DNA from: Seison nebaliae
Lineage: Eukaryota
Assembly: GCA_023231475.1 (NCBI GenBank)
Contig: JALJEE010000706.1
Span: 1 to 52,366, forward strand
Direction of reading: 5' to 3'
Length of the DNA: 52,366 bases
Below, in pieces: positions 35,844 to 50,065 of the stretch. The stretch's first letter is position 1, and each line of letters opens with the position of its first letter. Made by a program: the position numbers and the translations under genes. The notes below the pieces were generated by a model, which worked only from the letters and a program-made list of their open reading frames with translations, did not search any database and had not been told where the DNA came from.

Positions 35844-36526
35844 TGGTGAGATGAGATGAGATGATGACAAGTACGACGAAGTTTATGTCAAACGATTGAT
35901 ATGAAAATGTAAAAGGAGAAAGTGTCTCCAAACACAATCTATCAACAATTAATAATTACAAGGATAAATATGTTTGAGGGGGGTAAATCTAGACAAAAAT
36001 GAAACCTAAAATTAATAGGAGATCGAGTACGAAGAAATGAAGTCGTGAAATAATCTTCGAAGTTTTCAAAATTTACTCTTTAAACCTTTTCATTATTTAT
36101 TCATTGAGAACAACATCTCCATCATTTTCAGTCATTCATTTCTGGCTCATCTATCTCTCACACTACATCTATTCTATTTTACTTCTTCATTCTTATCTCT
36201 TCCTTCATAATCACAAAAAGGTTTCCCTTCTAATCCTCTTTTTGTATCTTCTTCTTCTTCTTCTTCTTACTCAATTCATTTCGTTAAATTTATCTCGTTT
36301 CATAAAAATAAATCAAATACGATCATAATTCATTTTATCGATATTATGACGTCATCTAACTAATTACCAATTCATCATCAAATGAATAAGAATAACATCT
36401 CATGGCCAACGGACAGAAATACACTCTCATGGAAAATTCAATTAGATTATACTCGTAGATAAATCTCCATCATCATCTTTCAATTCAAATCGATTGAGAT
36501 ATTTATGCGAATATATTTTATTTCAA

Positions 36527-38961
36527 TTAAACTTTACATACACTCATCAGATCGGCGATACCGACGGTTTTATTCATTTCTAAGACTAAAATTTGACCAC
36601 TTATATTCACCACACCGCCATGTCGACTTAATGGAATTGCCGACGGCTCTTTCTCCATCAGAAACTTTTCACTTTTCGGAGTTGGTGGTGCTGATTGCGG
36701 ATAATTGAATTGATGTTGAAAATCGACACGATGTCTCGAACTTTCGAAAATGTGGCGAAGATTCACATTGAATTCCGTTATCACTTTCCCCATACGAGGA
36801 ATGTCTTCCTTCGTTTGTAACGTTCGCGTTTCATCATATAACTGAAACGAATGAATGAAATGAAAGATGAATGAAGAAATAACATGTTTGATTTTGAATT
36901 TGAGATTTCCTTTCAAAAAGTGAACCATTCGTCTCAGATTTGTTCTCTTAATAATGAAAAGACCATCACTTCGATTATCGAATTCGATAGCCTGTTTCGT
37001 CGGTTTCTCTTTAATTCGAAGTTCTTGTTTCTCTTCTATGCCTTTATCGAAGTAACTTTTCATCATCAAATTCTTTAGCGGTGTGGAATTTTGAAAATTT
37101 CTTTGATATTGTTGCTTGGCAGATATTGTACTCTTCTTCGCTTGAATCTCTTTATCTTGTCGATTCATTATCGCTTGATAGATTGTTTCCTGATCGTTTG
37201 TTGCGCGCAGATTACATATCTGATTCTTCAACGCATAATTTATTCGTTGTTGAGGTAATGTTAATGTGAGAATATGTGTCTCCATTTTCCCATTCATATT
37301 CATGTCGCCTAAATAGAAATTGAGGAATTATTTCTGTTAGAAATTAATCTAGAACTTTCTCCTCTTGGCACATCAATTTCAATAGCATAATGTAAATCCG
37401 CTGCATTCTCCTTCGAAAAAACAATTAAATTAATTTATTATTTCAAATTAACTCCTGGTCTCATCATTCCCAAATTCTCAATACTCTTTATCCAAACGGC
37501 AAAAATACATAACTCCAAATCTTTCTTCGACTCTTCTGTAAGAAAAAGGAAAGTTTATCATCAACGAAAAGTTTGGAGATGTTACCTAATTTGCCTCTTG
37601 TACCGTTCGCATTAACTCTTCCATCCACATAAATATTATCACCATCCAATACGGCCAATGTTGTTATTGAATCAATTATATAAATCTTATACCAGGGAAG
37701 CAACTAAAAAATGAGAATGAGAAAAAAAATGAGACGAATGTGAGAAAACGGATATTGGATTTCCCATCAGATACAAAACGGTCAATTCGGGAATTAGTGA
37801 TAAATTTTTTACAGTTCGTTCAATATCTGATAAATCATTAAATGATAAATCGATTGCTTGTAAATTACGTCTAAAATTTCCATGAAAATCAAAAATATTT
37901 TCAATTCAAATAATTATTTAAATAAAATTCTCCTAACAAAACTGTTATAGTTTCAATGGATGGAATAAGATTATGGGCCACTCCCAAGTATTTCATCGAT
38001 GGCGGCAAGGAATGTACATCTCTCAAAGATGAAATTGAATTGCCCAACAGCTCGAGAAACTGATGAAATGGAGAAGAAATTTCTTTTGAAACGAGTTTAA
38101 CAATTTTTAACTTCTAAATTTCCCGGTAGATTATTTCCATTAACTTTCCTTATCGAATTCACACTTAAAACTAGTTTCCTTAAATTGATTAGATTTTTAC
38201 AGTAGGGATCGATTACACCAATCTGTTTAACAACATTCATCAATTTGGCAACAATTCAAATAATAAACATTTGACTCTCGCAAATAGATTGTGCGAAATT
38301 CGAGAAGAAATTTTTTGAAAATTTTCATTATCGATAAATCATCATACATCGAAGTATCACTCTTATAGATATGGGATAATTGACTTTGCGTTGGCATCAG
38401 AACTGTCTTCGTTTCCAGAATTTTTGCTAAACTTTTCACTTCGGGAGACCATGAATAATCTTTAGCCCAAGGTGATAATGGATCGTTGGCGAAGTCGTGT
38501 AACTCCTCTACACTGAATTTGTTGGGATTATCTAGAGTATTAGTCGAAGATTTAGAAGAGGTGTGAAATGATTGTCAATAATAAAACCATTTACATCATC
38601 ATCTAAATATCGTGCTTGAAATCTTTCTTCGACAGTTCCTATTAATTTCTCATTTCGCTTTATGAAATTTCCATTGAAAAAATAGTGGAAAAATTTGAAA
38701 GAATTCTCTAAATACGAAAGGAAAAGAAACCCAAGGTCCATTGCCTGTCGGGAAACTGGAGATGTTGAGCGCGAAGATCTTTTTAAAGAATGCTTTCTTA
38801 AACGTCATTGAATTGCCTTCGGGTATCTCATTCTGTATGGAGGATGGTTCATCTTCTAATTCACATTCATAATCGTCATCATCGTCGTCGTCGTCATCCA
38901 AACAGTCCCTATCTAATGTATCACTGTATATTTCGGTAGATTCATTCTCTTCTTTCGACAT
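36527..38961 (-). CDS. LRRC43: Leucine-rich repeat-containing protein 43, multi-exon
   Basis: FPTGNGPW, SVEELHDF..DPLSPWA..YSWSPE, LRKLVLSVNSI..VNGNNLP, ELLGNSISSL..LGVAHN and LRRcap LLPWYKIYIIDSI..LAVLDG match LRRC43 in order. Confidence 0.8.
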
Positions 38962-39673
38962 TTGTTTAGTTTGCAAGAAAACAGATAATTAACAGAAGAC
39001 GAGAAATGAAGTAAAATGAAAAAAGAAATTGACGAAAAAAAATTGAAAAGTTTATTTGGTTCATCTCTCATCGTTCACATGACAACGGGAAATAATGAAA
39101 AATTTTTTCGGAAAAAAAAAATTGGAAAAAATTCAATGGGAAAATTGGAGGCGCTCAATTGAATCGTTCGCTCACGATTAGAAAAAAATTTGTCATAAAT
39201 AAACATTTGTTTGGGAATGAGAAAGGTTAATAAGCGAATAGGAGTTAATGAATAGGAATGACAAAGAAAATTTTAGTAGAATAAAAGAATTTTCATTTTG
39301 TTTGATCATTAAAAAGAACGAGTTGTCTGTGAGAGAGACGGAATGGGAAGTGTAGGAATATTAACATTTCTATGATGAGTGCCAATTTAGAATTGGAATG
39401 TCAATGTTATTCTCTTTCTCTCTTTTCCCTTATTCATTCAATAAAACCAAATGGTCGAAAACATTCTCAGTAATTTCTCAGAAATCTCATATTTTTTCAT
39501 CATTTTTCTTTAATTTTAATTATTGAGAATTTCTTCATTTTTTATATCTGAAATTTTTCTTCATTTTAAATTTCTCAAATTTTTCTTCATTTCTAATTTG
39601 TGAAACATATTTCTCAAATTATTACTAATAATTTATTAGAGATTTTCAATCAGATACTTTATTCTGAGAAAAT

Positions 39674-41644
39674 ATGAATGATGATGAAAAATTGTCAAAT
39701 AATGAGAAAGAGGAGGAAGTGGAGGAAGAGGAAGTGCAAGAGCGTTTTAATATAAATAATTGGGATGCAATGCCGATGTTGGAGGAGATATATTCGGTGA
39801 AGGATGAGACGATAAATTATGTGAAAAATCTCCCGACAAATTCCAATTTTAACGAGATAGTCATTTGTATGAATGTGTTACGATTGAAAGATGGAGGTAA
39901 TAATTCGAAATTTGAAACTGTTTCCACATCGGATAAAGATCGATTATTGAATACGTGGCAGAATGTGGAGTTGATTGTTCGACGTTCGACTACCGTCACC
40001 GTTCAATGGTCGTCAGAGAAGGAATGTTATGACGTGATGAATGGTCAAGTGGAAATAGTGGAGAGGGCGAATTGTCAAATGTTAATTGTGACTGACGGAA
40101 AAGGTCATCGGATAATTGTTCGAATGGATTGTTCCGACGGAAACAATTCGACAAGTTTAGAAGAACTTTGTGAATTGTTGAAGAAAGAAGTTGATCCCAA
40201 TAACTTTTATTATCGTCTCGCCAATACCATCAATCAATCAACATCCATCGAGAAACCAGTTAAATTTATTTTTATTTTTATAATTTAATTTTAATATTAT
40301 CAATTTCTCTTTCTCTCTCTCTCTCTCTCTGATCATTTCAGTGTGTCCTCATCGAATTGGGAAGTAGTAATATTCGAGCAGGTTTAATCGAGAAAAAGAA
40401 CGACGAAAGAATCATTCTTCCACAATTCTTCCAACCAGCTCTCATCGGAATTGACAAGTTGACTAATTTTGTCTCACTCTCATTTTATGTCTCGCTCATA
40501 AAGTGATCAACAAATGAAGTTCGGTAAAGATGTTCTCGACAGAGAATTTCGACAAAAAATGAAACGATCTTTCTCACCATTCCAATCGTCACCATTATGT
40601 AATTTAGTTAGTCAATTAGGATTTGGTAGTTTTTTGAAATATTTTTTTTAGCAATCTAATGTTTGGTCGTATGTGGGAGAGATGATCTCGTTCATTGTCG
40701 ATGAATTAATGGGAAAAAAATGTTTTGATGAATTTGACGTTAAATTTTTTTTGATAGAAAATTTAAAAAATTTTTCTTGATTCTCTTTTTAGATTTGTGT
40801 TGGAGTTTCGATTCGTTATAACGACGAATGGATGACGAAATTGGCAACTACGATTTTCGAGTATACGAAATGTGATTCACTTTCTCTCCTCCTCTCCACC
40901 AGATATCTGTTGCACGATTACAAATGTAATTCATCGGGTGTCACTGTTCATTTGGGTGATCAGTTAATAATCGAACCGACGGTGAATGGATTGCTACTCC
41001 AACATGGAATTACGTCGATGAAATTTGGTGGTGAACAATTGTTGATGGATTTCTTTTATCGGACTAATCCGATGAACACGACGGATATGACAATTTTGAC
41101 GAGATTTATTCTCAAATATTTCATAGAGAATTTATGTTCATTCAATTCGAAGAAAGAAGAAGAGAATGTGATAGTGAAAGAATTATTAGAGAAATTGAAA
41201 TTGACTGAATCGAAATGGAATAGATTAAAAACGAATAATTGTGAGAATGAATGTGTAGAAGGTTTATTCGAACCGGAATTATGGAATTGTGATATCATCA
41301 ATTTACCAAAATTAATAAAGAGAGCTCTGATGGCGACAAGTATTGACGATCGACCAATTCTCTCTAATAATATTTATCTTTCTGGAGGATTGTCATTAAT
41401 ACCAGGATTAATTGATCGTTTGGAAATGGAATTAGATAAATTATTTAATTCAACATTAACCATCAAAATCTTCCGATCACCAAATAGTTATCATTCGTCA
41501 TTCATCTCTATCGCCAATCGATTGAGATTGAATAATGGTCAAATAAAATTTATGAGAAGGAAATCATTCAACGACTCATTGAAATGTATCGATAGTGTAA
41601 AGAAGCGTTATCTATCATCCATCATACAAGAATGCTTCCATTGA
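39674..41644 (+). CDS. Divergent actin-fold protein with an N-terminal PH-like domain, multi-exon
   Basis: Exon 2 CVLIELGSSNIRAG..ILPQFF corresponds to actin phosphate-1 loop. GVTVHLG, GGEQL, EGLFEPEL and NNIYLSGGLSLIPGLIDRLEMEL follow. Exon 1 has a beta-rich region ending in a helix. Confidence 0.8.
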
Positions 41645-41890
41645 GAATGAAGAACAGTATTCCATTCTATACGGCCAACAATGTGAAACGAGAATTTTTT
41701 TTATAATTTTTTTTTTCAATTTCTATTCTTCAAATAAATTCATCAATTCATCTTCCTCATTCCTACGTTCATTAATGTTGGTTAGGGAAAGATGATTGAG
41801 TGAAAGATGTTTAGAAAAGATGAATTAATTTGATTGAAGAAAAAAAAAGAAGAATCATTCAATTTTAACTTATTTAGTTGAAGTGTGGTG

Positions 41891-43998
41891 ATGAGTAATC
41901 AAATACGAAAAGAATTAGATGATGGAGGAGAAGACATTTCGGAAAAAACTAAATATTCCAATCAATTCGGTAAACGAGAGAAATTGCTACTACTCCTCTT
42001 CGCTTATGCAGCACAGGTATGCGACGAATATTATTAAATAAATTTCTTTTTTTTCTAGTTCCATTTCTTCTTCTTCTTCTTCTTCCTCCTCCGCTTCATC
42101 TCACCTCTCTATCTATATATATATATATATATCTCTCTCTCTCTCTCTTCACTCAAATCAACACAAATTATTCTTCTTAAATCATTTACTTCATTGGAAA
42201 CTGATATACGTTCAAATAAAAATTTCAAATCTCAATCTCTATCTACTACTCGATAATTCGTTCTTATTCGTCACAATTATTACTAATTGGAATTTGTAAT
42301 GGAAATTATTCGTCATCATTCCCTTCCCAGACTAGTAATGCATTGGCCATCAATTGTCTAGCGCCATGTTCACCTGAAATGATAAAAGTTTTTCATTTAA
42401 AATTTGAATAGTTTTCGAAGATTGACTGAATAAATGAATAGTATTTCGGTTATTCAGAAATCGAGAAAGGATTCTATATCGGTATGTTGGATGGATCGTT
42501 CCATTTCGGGAGGATATTTGGAGGTTTCATGTGGGGATGGGCTTGCGATAAATTGGGTTGTAGGAAATCGATGTTGATGTCACTTTTCTGCATATTCCTC
42601 TCACTACTAGTAACTTCATTTTCGAGGACGTTCTTTTTCGCCTTTCTCGTTCGCATATTTTCCGGTTTCTCTAACGGCGTTCTAGTTATGACGAAAGTTC
42701 TCGTAAAGAAAGTGTCGACGAATAAAACTCATTCTCGCAACATGGCATGGCAATCATTAGTATGGGCAGTATCGATGTTGTTTGTTGGTATAATTGGTGG
42801 TTATTTGTCAATGCCTGGATACAAATATCCCAAATATTTCAATACTGAAGAGGAATTGGATAGAATAAATTTTACAGATATCTTCCATCACGATTGGAAG
42901 AAAGTGAGAGAGGAGAAAAGTCCAGATAATTTCTTCTTAAAATATCCATTCTTCTTCGTCACTTTCATACCATCCTTCTTCGTCCTCGTCGTATTTATCG
43001 GTACTTACTTCTTCTTACCATCCAGTTGTTACAAAGACGACACACCACTCCTTCAATTACTTCGACGAGAAACGATTTCTACTGTTCACTCATCTCATCA
43101 ATTCCAACATTCCGACGATCGAAAAGTGAAGGAGGAAGAAGAATTGGTGAAATTAGAGACAAAAGAAAAAGGAATGACAGAAACGAAAGTGAAGAAAGGT
43201 CGAAGACCATTCAAGAATGTAATGAAAGCATTGAAATTATATCCGGTGAGATATGTTTTAGTTCTCTGTGTCATGTTCGTCATGTCATCTAAATCTTATC
43301 AACTCGTTTTCTCCAGTTGGTCATCAGCTGAAATATCTAAAGGTTTTTTTTTCTTCTTTTCTCATTTAAATTTTCATATTATAATATATCTAATAAAGAT
43401 GGATTACAATTGTCTTCTCAAGGGATTGGAATGGCCCAAATGATAATTATAGCGATACCGGTCGCATTAATCGTCGTGGCATTCTATCATCGCATCGAAT
43501 TGAAATTAGGTGTGAGAAATACATTATTAATTTGTGGAATGTGTCAAATGGTATTCGTTGGAACGACCGCATTAACAACCATCATCTTTTGGAAAGAGTT
43601 TCTTCTTTTAAATTCAAATACTTTTTTTAATCACTAAATGCTTTTTAAGAGGTTGTCGTATGACGATGAAAGTATGGACATTCCTCATTTTAATGACATT
43701 CTTAGAACGGATATCTCGTGATCCTATTTGGTTATCCGTCGGTATTATGGTGAACAATTCGACGACGAATAAGAATTTGATAGGAACAGTCAATGGACTA
43801 CAAGTGAGTTTGTTGTCTTTATTTCGGATTATCGGTCAAATTCCGATGGGACTCCTATATGGATGGGTAGTGAGGAACATCGACGTTTATGGAGTACCGA
43901 TTGATCAATCATTTTGTTTCTTTATTGTTACCATCATCAGTTTCTTCGCATGTTTGTTAACTATCTTCTCACCGAAAGCTTTATTGAAAATTCATTAA
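41891..43998 (+). CDS. MFS transporter, ZIFL1/MFSD10-like, 5 exons
   Basis: GFYIGMLDGSFHFGR..GFMWGWACDKLGCRK (MFS motif A), RIFSGFSNG, GGYLSMP, KYPFF, VNNS...GTVNGL. Short introns restore the frame. Confidence 0.88.
42066..42148. repeat. Compound microsatellite (TTC)n/(TA)n/(TC)n in MFS intron 1
   Basis: Directly visible in the sequence. Confidence 0.9.
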
Positions 43999-44136
43999 AA
44001 ATTTCCTTATAATTCTCTCACTTACAATTTTACACAAAACATTTGATGTATATCAATTTTTTTAATAACGAATATTTGATTCTCCTCCTATTTTTCACAA
44101 TACATCCAAAATAATTTAATTTACACAAATTTTTTT

Positions 44137-46848
44137 TTAAAATAATAATTGTTCTAAATCACTCTTTCGTTGAGTATAATCCGTCATCTTTTCATCCTCA
44201 TTATCATCATTCGTACTCTCCACTTCTTTCATTTTCATTGACGACCAGAAATAATCGATAAAACTCACATGTTCATCCAGCTTTTTCATCCGACTCAAAT
44301 GACGATCTGTCCAACAAACACATTTACAGTGACGAATTGTCCCATCGATTAAAATTAAGAAAACCTGAATAAGTTGTCAACGAAACGAGTAGATCTCCAA
44401 TTCCATTTAAAGCTAAAAGATAATCCACTTCATAATTAGTTAGTATTCGATTCAGTAACATTTGAGCGATATGACAATATTTCGAATTTGTGTTCCATTC
44501 GTCGATGAATTTCAAAAAAATTACTGAAAAAAATTAAAGAAAATTTTGAAAATAATTGAAGAAAAACTTAAATTTGATTCATCTAAATTTTTTATGAGTT
44601 TTTTCAACTCATTTGTAGCGTTCACTTCGTCCTCCTTTAATAATTTCGTTATGATATCGAATGTTGTATTTGGTCGTTTCAATTCGATTCCTTTAGTAAT
44701 TGCTGTCACTAAATCACCATCGTTAATTAGATTCCTTATCGTTTCTTCATGTTTCAACAAATCCCTCTGATGTTCTAATCTCTTACTTTTAATCGATTCG
44801 AAACAATCCTCCCAAACAACAATTCGACCATCTTCACCACATGAATAAACTTCGTCGTTATTCACCATGAGATTCCATATCGAATCCTGATGACCGTTCC
44901 ATGACTGAAGTTGAATTCCTTTCTGCAAACACCATAATGTTATAGAACCATTAACATTTCTTAATAGAAAATAAAAAAATAAATTTCTATATATTCCATA
45001 ATAAATCCAACCCAGAAATTAGACGATTCTTTATCAAGAATTCCATACAGACTATCGGAATTCGATCACCTTCAAAAGTCTTTTTGGAGGAAAATTCTAA
45101 AGAGAAAATAATAAAATAAAAAGAAAACCATGATGGTGGTACGTTTAGATATGTCCCATTTCTTTATAATTCCATCAGCACTTCCTGAATAGAGAATTGG
45201 TTCGTTCGGCTGGAATTTACAACAACCAATTCCTTTCGCATGAGAACCGAGTTGGAATGGTGAGATTTGATCATCAAACGACATTATTTGAATTGATCGA
45301 TCAGCAGAAGCGGAAGCAATGAATCGATTCTCATAACTGATATCGACACAATTTATGATATTTGTTTGATTTGAGAAAGAATTGAACAAATTCATTTTCC
45401 ATTCATCCATCTCATTTATTATCGTCCAAACATTCACTACCATATCATCTCCACAACTGACAAGATAAAGATGATTATCTTTCAATTCTTTCTTTTTCAT
45501 ATTTTTCTTTGACATCGAATTTTCATATGAGAATTGAAGTGAACGAATTTCTTTACGATGACCATCAATTTTCTTTACAAATCTCATTTGATTATTATCA
45601 TTTCGTCGTTTCCATAAAGAGATGAGACCTGAACGATCACCAGTCGCTAAAAATGATTGACATTTCGACAGACTAATAGATACGACGGTGGAAGTATGAG
45701 ATGATAATAAATGACAATTCCATTTATCTCCCATATCGATCACTTTTACAAAGTGATCATTCGTTGCCAGATACATCTGATTATAATAAAACGAGATTTC
45801 CATTGCAAGAATCGAATTATAATTCAATAACGAATAATGAGAATGATCTAATAGATAATTGAATCGAAACGAATTTTGATCGTTCAATGTAACGACCAAT
45901 TGTTCATCTTGTCTCAAATCATCAACATATTTTATTTCCAAATCATCAGTCTCATCAAATAAAACGAATTCCTTCAAACTCATCAATTTTTTAAAGGTTA
46001 AATTATATTTGAATAATATGATGGTTCCCGTCGATTTGATGAGAAGGAATTCGATTTCTTCTTCTTCCACTTTCAATAATTTCGTTCCCATCACATGTTG
46101 TTGAAGATGGAAGAATTGTTGAATTTTATCTCCTTTCTCCAAATTGATGAAAGTGCATGACATATTATTTGAGAGAAGGAGAAGATATTTCTCTTGAAAT
46201 GATCCATCTACAACCTGCAATTTTGATGGTATACTACAGAACAAATCACGATCATTATTCTTATAATTAAATCGACCAATAGTTCCACCGTTCGCATTCC
46301 AGTACCAGGAACCGGCATGCACTCCCATCCACTTACTCAACGACGATTGTGTTAATGAACGGAGACAGGAATAATTTTCTAAATTCCAAAATTTCACTTT
46401 GCCAAAACTCTCGATCGAAATCAATACATTCTGTTCATCCATCAATAAATTCTTGATGGGCGATTGATGGAATGATTTCCAGAACGATTGTCGTTTCTTT
46501 TCTCCAATATTCCAGTGGGAGAGAAGCAAATTGGATTGTGCTAAATAAACGTCATTCATATTCTCACTCACCATTCCCACAATCTCAATGTCAGTTCCAT
46601 CGAAATTTAGAGGAATACTCTCCTCCATCTCATTATCATCATTACGATAAACATTTAATATATTCCCCTCAATTCCAATCGTTCTTTTCTTCGAATATAT
46701 CGGTCGGATAGTCAACGCGTGAACCGGTCGATGAATCACTTTCTCTTTTAAACTTAAACGAAATGAAATTTCAATGAAATAAATACACTAACTATATCTC
46801 CTTTTCAGACGAACTGGTAACCAGTTCGAACGACCGACTATTCTTCAT
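44137..46848 (-). CDS. TBL3: Transducin beta-like protein 3 / UTP13 (SSU processome), multi-exon
   Basis: Many WD40 repeats (INCVDIS..NRFIASASADRS, GSHAKGI..CKF, SGSADG.IKKW, GHQDSIW) and the Utp13 C-domain (WNTNSKYCHIAQ, Y(S)DRHLSRM). Confidence 0.88.
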
Positions 46849-48300
46849 GAATAGTTGCTAATATTATAACTATCACGTTGCAAATGAAGCTACAATATTG
46901 AATTATCACTAATTTCAAATAAGGAATGAAATTCTTCGATTTTACACATTTCTTTCTTCAAAATTTCCATTCTCTCAAACGCACCTATTTTCATTGGAAC
47001 TTTCAGAAAATTTTCTTCTTTTTCTCATTCTGAACAAATTAAACTAACAAGTTGTAAAATATTTTAGAATTCCAATTAAGTGTGTTTTAAGAGTAATATA
47101 TTTCGTAACCAATTCTTATTGGAATATCACAATTCTCAGTTATGAAACATAAAGAATTTTCAATGAATTGTTAACGGAGGAGAAGTTTATCTTATGGAGA
47201 GTTAACAAATGAAAGTGTTTCTCTCTAATCGACAATTTGTTCGGCGGGAGAGACAAATAAATAAAAAATGTATTATTTTATTTAACTGTAAATGGAGTTA
47301 ACTTAAAATTTAGAATTGTCAACCAATTATAATAATAATTTTAACGATTAAGAAAGAAATTAGTTTCCAAATAGAAAAGTTGTTTAATTCAATAAATCTC
47401 TTTTCCTGTTCATTATTCCATTATTCTCACTTCAACTCGCCTTCATTTTACCTAATAATCATTAAATATGTATTGACTGATAAACTCACGTTTGACTTTA
47501 TGTTATCACAATGTTCACTACCGATGACTGATGAAAAACTGATAGATGCCTAACACCACTATAACTGCGTCTAAAAAAGGAAGACGTTCCACTTGTGTCA
47601 TAGATTAACCGTCTTTCTGTAAGTCTATCCGACACACCCTAATGGGTTAACAGAGTTCATGGGTAAGTTCATTGATATTAATCATCGACGTACTGCTATA
47701 AATATAACAATTTTCTTCTGATATTAATCACAAATATTTAATTAAATCTTAAAACTATTTTAAATTCAATTTATCATTTTATATTTACAACATTCTTATC
47801 CCCTAATCTTTTGCATTTAAATAAACTATCATTTTTGAATTTCTTTCTAACGACTAGCTCTCTAGTGTCATCCCTATCAATCCTATCTAACTTACTTGTA
47901 AGTTGCCTCGCTTACAAATATCTGTATTGTGAAAAAATATGATGAGAAGATGTAACTAAAATTCGAATTTATTCGATCGTCAATAATATACGCTAATAAG
48001 AAAAAGGAGGATAATTTTATTCGGACGATAATTGGAAGGTTTCATTTTTAATAATAACAAATGAAACTTATTGGGATTAATAATAAAAATTTTCCTCATA
48101 AAAAATTTATGATTCATTGAATGAATAGATGAACGAAATTATTTCGATAGAGGTGATTAATTTCCATTTATTCGAATGATGAATTGTTGAAAGTAAAGAT
48201 GATTAATAAATGTTTGAAATTTTAGTCTTTAAAAAAAAAAGAAGAGGAGGATCATTATCAATTAACTTTTTTATTCAACTAATTTCCATATTCGTCCCAA

Positions 48301-48969
48301 ATGGAATCGAAGGAGAATGTTTCGAACGAAGTGCGCCAATTACAAGATTCCACTCTCGATTCGACTGAAAGATCTGTCCAACTGATTGATCAATCGCTTC
48401 GTTCTGGTCAGAATACATTAGATGTTAAATTTGATTGAAATCTATCCAATTCTTTCATCATGTTCAGATGTAGGATCTCAATTCGCAAGGAGAACAATTG
48501 AAGAATATCGAAAATAATATGAATTTGATGGATAATTTCTTGGACGAATCGAAGAAGCATATCGCTGGTATTCGTTCGATATTTGGGAATGTGCCCAATT
48601 ATTTTCGGAAGAAATCGAAACCATCTATTCCATCATTCAATGACGAAGAGAAGACGAAACCGGAAATGCAAACAAATTATTCATTAACAGAAGATAAGAA
48701 ATTGTTTAAAAATAATTTCCAAATAATAAAAGATGATGCGCGAGAAGAAGCGATTAATAATAATTTAAGTTTTTTCATTCGATTTCTTTCCATTTCATGA
48801 TTTGATGGTAGATGTAATGAGTCGTGGATTAGATCAATTACAAATGAATGCAGCGATAATGAATGATGAATTAACGAAACAGAATAATCAAATGGAACGA
48901 ATCATCAATCGTGTCAATACGACGGGAGAGCGCATTGATGGACAGAATAAACTATTGAATAAAATTTGA
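48301..48969 (+). CDS. SNAP29: Qbc-SNARE, SNAP29-like, 3 exons
   Basis: TLDSTERS...L.SQGEQL.NIE...IRSIFG..NYF in the first SNARE motif. DDAREEAINNNL...EL.KQN in the second. No palmitoylation Cys cluster. Introns start at 48424 and 48769. Confidence 0.8.
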
Positions 48970-49538
48970 TTATCGTCAAAGAGAGATCTCGACATAAGAC
49001 AATCTTCTTCTACTTCCAGAACTTCTCATTATTATTTGAAAATATTTAGATGAAATTTCTATGAATTTTTTTTATTACATTCACTTATTTCTTCATTCTT
49101 CATATATGAGAGATGGTGGAAAAAAATTGACAAGATGTGAAATAAACAAAAAGAAAGAAATGACATTCATCATCGTCATCATCATCATGATTATCATCGT
49201 CGTCGTTGTCGTAGTAGTCGTCCAAATGAGACGTGAAATGAGTTCAAGAGAAGGAATTTACTCCGTGAAATTTATTCAGTTTCTCATGAAAAAATTGAAT
49301 GAGATGAAAATCTCTGACAATCCATCTTCTTTTCCTCATCAATTCAATATTATTCATTAATTCTCCTTCATTTCATGTAAATGAATTCCTAATTTCCTAT
49401 TTAAATAGTCGACATCAAACGAGAAGTTGCCATCCCCCTTCCTTCACTTTCGTTCATTACCAATAAGTTTTTTTTCAATAAAAATTGTTTATTTTTTTTT
49501 ACTCTTCTCTAGTAGTACAACTCAGATAAAATTAAGAA

Positions 49539-49982
49539 ATGTTGAAATATTTCTTCATTGCCATATCAATCGGTCTTGTCTATAGTCAAGGATGTCGATC
49601 ACTCAATCGATGTTGTGATCAACGAAGTGACGACTGCAAAGTTCAATTACAAGAGACAGCCTGTTATTGTGATTCGTTTTGTGTGGAACATTTCGACAAA
49701 CGAGAAAACGTTAGAAAACGACGTGATTGTTGTGACGATTATGAACAAATGTGTAAGAGTGGCGAACTACGACAAGGGCCAGGTGCCCGTAACGACCAAC
49801 CTTATCAACCGTCTTATCCTCTACCTCCACCACCACCACCACCACCACAACCATCAAATAACAATCAACGATATCCACCTTATATCTTCAACCAAGAATC
49901 TACTCAAAAGCCGAAGAGACAAAAATTCCTCTATGATTTACCGCCACTACCGCCACTACCACCACTCCCAAGAAACTGGTAA
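49539..49982 (+). CDS. Small secreted somatomedin-B-like domain protein with a Pro-rich tail
   Basis: Signal peptide. C...CC..R.D.C....CYCD.FC......DCC.DY...C is the TINAG/SBSPON-type SMB pattern. PolyPro C-terminus. Confidence 0.8.
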   Translation: MLKYFFIAISIGLVYSQGCRSLNRCCDQRSDDCKVQLQETACYCDSFCVEHFDKRENVRKRRDCCDDYEQMCKSGELRQGPGARNDQPYQPSYPLPPPPPPPPQPSNNNQRYPPYIFNQESTQKPKRQKFLYDLPPLPPLPPLPRNW

Positions 49983-50065
49983 TTTCAATGACGTTTCAAA
50001 CAATATTTCATAGAAAACAATTTAAAATAAAATCGATTTTTGTAAATGATGACGATTTCTTATCA

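Noticed and set aside
47400..47930. Slightly GC-richer intergenic patch, possibly a TE relic or ncRNA
   Set aside because: No identifiable motif, ORF or stable structure found by eye.
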